From Candidatus Terraquivivens tengchongensis (GTDB lineage: Archaea; Thermoproteota; Nitrososphaeria_A; Caldarchaeales; Wolframiiraptoraceae): a DNA stretch of 64,000 nucleotides. A model generated the notes under the pieces. That model was given only the letters and a program-made list of their open reading frames with translations. It did not search any database and was not told the origin of the DNA. Both the position numbers and the translations under genes were made by a program. The first letter of the stretch is position 1. Every line of letters begins with the position of its first letter. The DNA is taken from the NCBI GenBank assembly GCA_023261845.1, contig JALNJZ010000002.1, positions 160,001-224,000 on the forward strand. Reading direction: 5' to 3'. Positions 57,931 to 64,000 of the stretch are shown here, piece after piece.

Positions 57931-59088
57931 TTATGCGAGTTCTTCCATCTTTTTCAAAAAATCGTCTTCAGTACCTCTAGGTATCAGAGCCGATGCAGCG
58001 GTTAAATGTCCATCACCATAACCTCCAACATAGTCAGCCGCCTCCACAACCAACTTTGATACAGAAGGCATCGCCCCCTTATTTATGAGCTCTGCCAACA
58101 ACTTAGGCGCTCTTACAGATACCTTAGTCCACTCACCTTCTATCTCGCCCAACTCTGGTATCACTCGTGGAAAGTTCATGAAACCAACAAGATACTTTCT
58201 TTGGTCGACGAACCCTCTGTATGCCAGAATGAATGTGAACGTTCCTAGGACCTTGGTTCCCATGCCCGCAAAGCTATCCCCAACGGAGAACCACTGAACC
58301 TTCTCATCACGGCTGATACCATGTCTTCTTAAATTGGCCATGACCTTACTAAAGATTTGTTTCCTGTACTCCTCCAGCACCTCTACATCGTTTTCATCTA
58401 AGCTCCTTTTGATACAAGATTCTACTGCTTTCTTGGGTCCATCAGTGTAATAACCTACGCTTCCAAGTATTGTTAGCTTTGTTGATAACCTGTCCCAAGC
58501 CTCTCTGAAAGGTATTATGTAATACCTTTCCCTTCCTGCCGATTCTCTGACTTCAACGTCGCCGACTTCGACAGCATGTTCAAGGGGTATCCTGTTCAGC
58601 GATGTTAAACTTCCACCAAGCTCCGCCGAACCTACCACTGACGCCCATGCCATGTGCTTAACGTCCGCAAGTTTTTCCGCAAAAAGATACGTGGCTGTCG
58701 CACCGCTTACGTCCCTCTCACCACTAAATCCGTAAAGTTCAGGGTTAAGATTCAGAACGTTAGGCTTGCTGACCATAACTGGATCATGATGGTCCAATAT
58801 TATGACGAGTTTATCTCCAGCCAATCTCTCTATTATTTCGGCTTTTCCCGAGCCTATATCCGTATAAACGTATGCGTCGTAATCGGTGCTATGAATTTTA
58901 GACAATATCGCAGGGTGTAGCTTTTCGATACAAACCCTGCCCGTCTTAATGCCTGAAGACTCGAAGGCCGACAGCGCGATCGCCGCTGAACATATGCCGT
59001 CTGCATCGTCGTGGTGAATGACGAGAACGTTGTTGGTTGATGCTCTAAAGAGTTCGCTGGCCCTTTTAAGCTCCTCAGAGTACTTCAT
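57931..59088 (-). CDS. DHH family phosphoesterase (RecJ/Cdc45-like)
   Basis: HHDDADG, TDIGSG, ILDHH, LNP...SGA, C-terminal GDGH-x2-AA; start set at ATG 59088. Confidence 0.88.
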   Translation of the reverse strand: MKYSEELKRASELFRASTNNVLVIHHDDADGICSAAIALSAFESSGIKTGRVCIEKLHPAILSKIHSTDYDAYVYTDIGSGKAEIIERLAGDKLVIILDHHDPVMVSKPNVLNLNPELYGFSGERDVSGATATYLFAEKLADVKHMAWASVVGSAELGGSLTSLNRIPLEHAVEVGDVEVRESAGRERYYIIPFREAWDRLSTKLTILGSVGYYTDGPKKAVESCIKRSLDENDVEVLEEYRKQIFSKVMANLRRHGISRDEKVQWFSVGDSFAGMGTKVLGTFTFILAYRGFVDQRKYLVGFMNFPRVIPELGEIEGEWTKVSVRAPKLLAELINKGAMPSVSKLVVEAADYVGGYGDGHLTAASALIPRGTEDDFLKKMEELA

Positions 59089-59275
59089 AAAATCCACATT
59101 AGAGCTCTGATGGATTATACTAAAAGCGGCAGGCATAACTCTGCATCAACCTCGGACCCGCGCACCGGCTTCAGGCCTACTATTATGCTATGTTCTAGGC
59201 AAAAGATAAGCGTGACCATAGTCATGGTTTAGTTTGTTAAATACATATTGCCAGAATATGACCCCGAAAATACGT

Positions 59276-60445
59276 CTAATCCTGTTTACCTAAAAGCTCT
59301 AGAGCTATTTCGTAGTAAATTTTTGCGGCAGCCTCAAGCTCGTCTATCGATACGCTCTCGTTATAGGAGTGCGCCTGGGAAAGCTCGCCCGGACCCAACA
59401 CGACGCCTGGTATTCCGGCAGCAAATATCCACCCAAGGTCCGTATAAGCCGGAAAGCCGAAAGGCTCAGCCTTAACCCTGACTACCTTCGAAACAGCCTC
59501 CAAAGCCGCCCGCACTACTGGTTCAGAAGCGCTAACCTCAGTGGCCCTATGGTATTGCACGATAGAAGTTGAGAAATCCGTACCACGCCTTTCTGACATC
59601 ACTTTAGATGCCACCTCCTCAAAGGATGCCTTCACGACCTCAGGGTCTTCGCCCGGTATCAATCTCCTATCGATAACTATTACGCACTCGTCAGGAATGA
59701 CGTTAGACTTCACACCGCCGCTTATCATTGTAACGGTTACTGTCGGTTTACCGACCAAAGGATGCCCACTAACTTTCGATAGCGAATCGGCCATTCGTTC
59801 TATTTCGTTGCAGTAAGAGGCAGCGGCAAGTATGGCGTTAATCCCCTCTTGGGGCATGCTGGCGTGTGCAGGTTTGCCCTTTACCCTGACCTTCACCTCT
59901 AGTCTGCCCTTGTGGGCGGTGCAAACTTTCAACCCCGTCGGCTCGCCCACGATAGCAAAGTCGAATTTACTGTACTTTGATAAAAGCGCCTTAGTACCGA
60001 TACTGCTGACCTCTTCATCGGCGACCGCGGCAAGTACGACCTTGCCGCCTATCTTTTCCTGAACGTTAAGAAGGGCCTTTAGGCTCGCGGCCATAGCTGC
60101 AATCGAGCCTTTTGCATCGGCCGAGCCTCTACCATAGAGTCTGCCATTCCTAATAAGGCCACCAAGAGGCTCCACTTGCCATTTATCCCGATCGCCAACC
60201 GGTACAGTATCCAGATGGGAGTTAAAAAGTAGGGTAGGCCCCGCACGGCTACCCTCCAAAATGCAGACAGCATTCGCCCGGACACCGTCCAGCCTGTCTA
60301 TTGTGGATTTTATACCAAGGTCTGCAAGCCGCTCTGCTAGAAAACTAGCTGCCTCTAGCTCCCTGCCAGGCGGATTCTCCGTGTTTATCCGCACAAGTGC
60401 AGAGGCTATAGTCAGTAAAAATTCCCTGTCTATATGTACATCCAT
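59276..60445 (-). CDS. M20 metallopeptidase, ArgE/DapE family
   Basis: SHLDTVP, GRGSADAKG, DEE, GEPT, AHAS, AHSYNE. Confidence 0.92.
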   Translation of the reverse strand: MDVHIDREFLLTIASALVRINTENPPGRELEAASFLAERLADLGIKSTIDRLDGVRANAVCILEGSRAGPTLLFNSHLDTVPVGDRDKWQVEPLGGLIRNGRLYGRGSADAKGSIAAMAASLKALLNVQEKIGGKVVLAAVADEEVSSIGTKALLSKYSKFDFAIVGEPTGLKVCTAHKGRLEVKVRVKGKPAHASMPQEGINAILAAASYCNEIERMADSLSKVSGHPLVGKPTVTVTMISGGVKSNVIPDECVIVIDRRLIPGEDPEVVKASFEEVASKVMSERRGTDFSTSIVQYHRATEVSASEPVVRAALEAVSKVVRVKAEPFGFPAYTDLGWIFAAGIPGVVLGPGELSQAHSYNESVSIDELEAAAKIYYEIALELLGKQD

Positions 60446-60489
60446 GAGAATATTTAATAAAACATCAGCGATATAACCTTAAAATAAAG

Positions 60490-60687
60490 TTAGACAGTTA
60501 GGAGTACCTCGGCAGGTACCTCGATGTACTTCTCGTTGCTGGTCTGCTTCTTCTTTCTCGGTGAGTTCCTCAAAAGGGTTCCGCAGTAGGGACACCTGAC
60601 CTTGTCCGTAAGATGGTACGCCCTACACCTCGAACAGTACTTGTAACCGTTCGCGTAACTTCTCCTAACTTTTCTTGTCGCGCTCAT
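60490..60687 (-). CDS. Small zinc-ribbon protein
   Basis: KYCSRC...RCPYCG-x2-LR-x2-PR. Confidence 0.78.
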   Translation of the reverse strand: MSATRKVRRSYANGYKYCSRCRAYHLTDKVRCPYCGTLLRNSPRKKKQTSNEKYIEVPAEVLLTV

Positions 60688-60764
60688 TTTTTATCAAATA
60701 TTTGTAAAAATTACGATTATTAAACGTTATCTATATATAGTATTTTTTGTATATACTATTAGGA

Positions 60765-61820
60765 ATGATTGAGATAAGAAAACTGCAAAAGGTGGGTACA
60801 GCAACCCTAACAGTATCCCTGCCTAAAAAATGGGTGTTAAAAAAGGGCTTAAAGCCTGGGGATAGGGTCACGCTTATAGAAAACGAGGATGGCTCTTTAC
60901 GCCTAGACGTGGGCGACGTCAAAACAGCAGAAGAAACAGTATTTACGATCAACTATGACCTTTGCAACTCTAACAATATACTAAAAAGATTGATAATAGG
61001 TGCATACTTACAAGGAGCGGATATTCTAAAAATAATCTCGAGCAACGCGCTAACGACAGACACGATTAGTGAAATTCAAGCAACTGTTGATAAACTGCCC
61101 GGCTTCGAGATAGTAGAGCAGACCTATAGGACCGTACTCATCCAAAGCTTCCTAGATCCGTCAAAGTTCCCCATAGAGGTTTTGCTGAAAAGGTTACAAA
61201 TAATGGTGGCTTCCATACTCAACCAAGTAATCTCTTCAATATCTGAAGGCACTCTTGTGAACATCAGCGAGATAACCAGACAAGAGAGCAAAGTAGATGA
61301 GCTATACTTTTTAACGGTTAGACAATTGTTTTTAGCGTTGCGCAGATGGCACCTCGGCATGACCCTTGGCATAGACAGCCCGACCTATGCAGCCGGTGTA
61401 CGACTCGTAGCAAAAACGCTTGAAGATATTGGCGATGTGATTGAGAACATGGCAAAGGGATTGAATTCTGTACATAAATCTTCACTCAAAATAAGCCCCG
61501 AGATCGCTAAGAAGATAGGAGAACTTGGCATTATGGTCCAAACACTCTTTAGTAAGACTATGAAAGCATTCTTCAGCCTTGATATAGACCTATTGAATGA
61601 TGTCTTTGACAATATTTCGTATGTATTAGGGCAGCAGGACAGGCTGACTGAGGACATTCTGCTGATGATAAACGACGAAAGACTCGTATCATACCTTAAA
61701 ATTATCTGCTGGGGCCTCAGTTGTATAGCACGTAACTGTGAGGTAATAGCTGAAGTAGCTTTCAATAGGCTTACAAGAACTCCCTCAAACATTATATTGA
61801 TTGAGAAAGCTCAACTCTAA
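60765..61820 (+). CDS. AbrB-PhoU phosphate uptake regulator
   Basis: IRKLQKVG...VSLPKKW (AbrB), IIGAYLQG, GFEIVE, ESKVDELY, LEDIGD (PhoU repeats). Confidence 0.9.
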   Translation: MIEIRKLQKVGTATLTVSLPKKWVLKKGLKPGDRVTLIENEDGSLRLDVGDVKTAEETVFTINYDLCNSNNILKRLIIGAYLQGADILKIISSNALTTDTISEIQATVDKLPGFEIVEQTYRTVLIQSFLDPSKFPIEVLLKRLQIMVASILNQVISSISEGTLVNISEITRQESKVDELYFLTVRQLFLALRRWHLGMTLGIDSPTYAAGVRLVAKTLEDIGDVIENMAKGLNSVHKSSLKISPEIAKKIGELGIMVQTLFSKTMKAFFSLDIDLLNDVFDNISYVLGQQDRLTEDILLMINDERLVSYLKIICWGLSCIARNCEVIAEVAFNRLTRTPSNIILIEKAQL

Positions 61821-61832
61821 AGGGATTTCAGG

Positions 61833-63509
61833 TTGGGCAAGGGTGAATTAAAGCACAGAAGTCGACAAATATCAGAGGGTATAGACAGAGCACCGCATAG
61901 GGCGCTACTTAAAGCCTTAGGCTTAACGTATGAGGAAATCTCGAGACCATTCGTAGCCATCGCGAATAGTTGGAACGAGATTGTACCCGGACATATGCAT
62001 CTGAGAGAGTTGGCTGAGAGAGTAAAGGCAGGAGTTAGACGTGCAGGTGGTAGTCCTTTTGAGTTTAACACTATAGCGATATGCGATGGCATAGCGATGG
62101 CACATGAGGGCATGAGAGCGTCTCTTCCGAGCCGTGATATAATAGCAGACTCCGTAGAGTTGATGATTATGGCACATCAGTATGATGCTGTCGTGGCGAT
62201 CGCTAGTTGCGACAAAATAGAGCCGGGCATGATGATGGCCTTAGCAAGGTTAAACCTGCCATCGATCTTCATGAACGGTGGTCCTATGCTGATGGGCGAG
62301 AATGGTGGCAAGCGTTTCGCTGTAGGTAATGTGTTTGAGGCTTTAGGTGCATATTATAAGGGTCAACTCACGCTCGAAGAACTTTATGAAATTGAAAAAG
62401 TTGCATGCCCTGGCCCCGGCTCTTGCGCCGGCCTTTACACTGCTAACACGATGGCCGTACTGATAGAAGCCTTGGGAATGAGCCTGCCGGGTAGCTCCAC
62501 GATACCAGCAGTTGACGTAAGAAGGCTCTACGTAGCCGAAAAGACCGGCGAGACAATTATGAAAGCCTTAGAGACCGATTTGAAGCCTAGCGACATCATG
62601 ACATACGAAGCTTTTAGAAACGCTATAGCTGTTGATGCAGCGATAGGTGGTTCAACGAATGCCGTGCTACATTTGATGGCGATAGCCAAAGAACTCGACA
62701 TAAAGCTGACGCTCGATGACTTTGATGAGGTAAGCAGCAGGACGCCACAACTCATAGAACTGATTCCAGGAGGAATGTATGCGATGCAAGACTTGGATAT
62801 GGCCGGCGGCGTTCCAGCCGTAATGAAAAAACTACTCGATGCTGGCTTAATTAATGGGTCCACTATCACGATAACAGGCAAAACTTTGGCGGAGAACTTG
62901 AGAGAATTCGTCCAACCTACAAAAGTAGAAATCATAAGGTCTGTTGAGAACCCAGTACGTCCAACGGGAAGTATAGTAATCCTCAGGGGAAGCCTAGCGC
63001 CAGATGGTGCTGTCGTGAAGATTTCTGGGGTAAAGAGGCTTAAACATGAAGGGCCAGCAAAGGTCTTCGATTGTGAGGAAGATGCTTACGCCGCAGTTAA
63101 GCAAGGAAACATCAAGGAAGGGGATGTTATCGTGATAAGGTATGAGGGACCAAAAGGAGGCCCAGGTATGAGGGAAATGTTGAGCGTTACGTCCGCGATA
63201 GTAGGCAGAGGTATGGGAGAATCCGTGGCATTGGTGACTGATGGTAGGTTTTCGGGCGCCACTAGGGGTCTAATGGTTGGACACGTATCTCCTGAAGCTT
63301 TCGATGGAGGGCCGATAGCTGTAGTTAGGAATGGTGACTGGATAAAGATTGACGCGGAGCTGAAGAGGTTGGACGTCGAACTTGACGAAGACGAGATAAG
63401 AAAAAGGTTTGCATCATGGAAGAGACCTGCACCCAAGTATAAAAAAGGTGTGCTGGCGAAGTATGTAAAGTATGCATTATCGGCATCAGAAGGCGCAGTA
63501 TGGAGATAG
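61833..63509 (+). CDS. ilvD: Dihydroxy-acid dehydratase
   Basis: [48 protein letters not shown]. Confidence 0.97.
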   Translation: MGKGELKHRSRQISEGIDRAPHRALLKALGLTYEEISRPFVAIANSWNEIVPGHMHLRELAERVKAGVRRAGGSPFEFNTIAICDGIAMAHEGMRASLPSRDIIADSVELMIMAHQYDAVVAIASCDKIEPGMMMALARLNLPSIFMNGGPMLMGENGGKRFAVGNVFEALGAYYKGQLTLEELYEIEKVACPGPGSCAGLYTANTMAVLIEALGMSLPGSSTIPAVDVRRLYVAEKTGETIMKALETDLKPSDIMTYEAFRNAIAVDAAIGGSTNAVLHLMAIAKELDIKLTLDDFDEVSSRTPQLIELIPGGMYAMQDLDMAGGVPAVMKKLLDAGLINGSTITITGKTLAENLREFVQPTKVEIIRSVENPVRPTGSIVILRGSLAPDGAVVKISGVKRLKHEGPAKVFDCEEDAYAAVKQGNIKEGDVIVIRYEGPKGGPGMREMLSVTSAIVGRGMGESVALVTDGRFSGATRGLMVGHVSPEAFDGGPIAVVRNGDWIKIDAELKRLDVELDEDEIRKRFASWKRPAPKYKKGVLAKYVKYALSASEGAVWR

Positions 63510-63589
63510 CGCATATTTTTATAAGTTTTTATAAAATCGCCGTAATATTTTTATATATCATGAGCTGTTTTTACTCCCGAGGGAATAAT

Positions 63590-64000
63590 ATGCCAAAATT
63601 TGTAACACCACTCGAAGAAGTAAATTGGGAAGAACTTATAGAGATGGATAAGAAGTATTTCCTGAGACCAATATCAACCGCAAAGGAATATTCTCCGTTG
63701 CCAATAGCAAGGGCTGAGGGAGCCTATCTAATAACCTCAGAGAACGTCAAGATTCTGGACTTCATGTCGGTTTTACACTGCGCAAACGCAGGTGCTTATC
63801 ATCCTAAGATAGCCCAAGCAATAAAGGAGTATGCTGACCATTTCGGTTACCTATACGAGGGTGGTTTCTTAGAGCAGATGAGGCCAAAGGTATGCAAATT
63901 CCTCATAGAGGAAGCATTCAAGGGAGATATGGCTAGGGTTGGTTTCGGAAATAGCGGAAGCGAGGCAGTTGAGTATGCGTTAATGATAGCTAGGGTGTAC
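63590..64000 (+). CDS. Class III aminotransferase, 5' part (runs off window)
   Basis: Not in ORF track: MPKFVTPLEE...IARAEGAYL...ILDF...HPKI...NSGSEAVEYALMIAR; open to window end. Confidence 0.88.
   Translation, partial: MPKFVTPLEEVNWEELIEMDKKYFLRPISTAKEYSPLPIARAEGAYLITSENVKILDFMSVLHCANAGAYHPKIAQAIKEYADHFGYLYEGGFLEQMRPKVCKFLIEEAFKGDMARVGFGNSGSEAVEYALMIARVY

Noticed and set aside
323-63514. Numerous antisense and nested ORFs in the track (e.g. 18417-19028, 33358-33888, 37559-37981, 56744-57370)
   Set aside because: Shadows of well-supported genes on the other strand or frame, with no motifs of their own.

Overview
Gene-dense archaeal chromosome segment. Markers (a RING-finger gene tail, arcadin-1, an EndA with a crenarchaeal-type loop, an NAD kinase-wHTH, a chorismate mutase-aminotransferase fusion) suggest a TACK archaeon of the Nitrososphaeria/'Aigarchaeota' neighbourhood; this is inference. 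Most of the window is housekeeping: glyS, endA, two tRNAs (Arg-UCU; CAU, probably Ile2, with a 12-nt non-canonical 30/31 intron), RPA, trpEGDCFA without trpB, RNase P proteins/rpl15e, pfdA-ftsY, sucCD, mdh, leuCD-like and ilvD. An accessory zone at ~3.0-10.9 kb holds a collapsed ABC-transporter pseudogene, a Tat-motif zinc-ribbon membrane protein beside a frameshifted Zn-dependent phospholipase C-family gene, an atypical acyl-CoA dehydrogenase, and a tailed-virus relic (thermonuclease, truncated GNAT, frameshifted terminase fragment). Best candidates for new biology: (1) the only SD-led ATG ahead of trpE opens ATG-TGC-CTT-TGG-CAT-TGA, where a prfB-like +1 slip at CUU-U over a hungry Trp codon enters the trpE frame, and this TrpE has Phe at the feedback-site serine (LIEF for LLES); (2) a coupled MOFRL kinase and enolase paralog whose substrate-binding motifs are both altered. 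No CRISPR array, rRNA or intact transposase/integrase was seen. All calls are from motif recognition by eye, without database searches.
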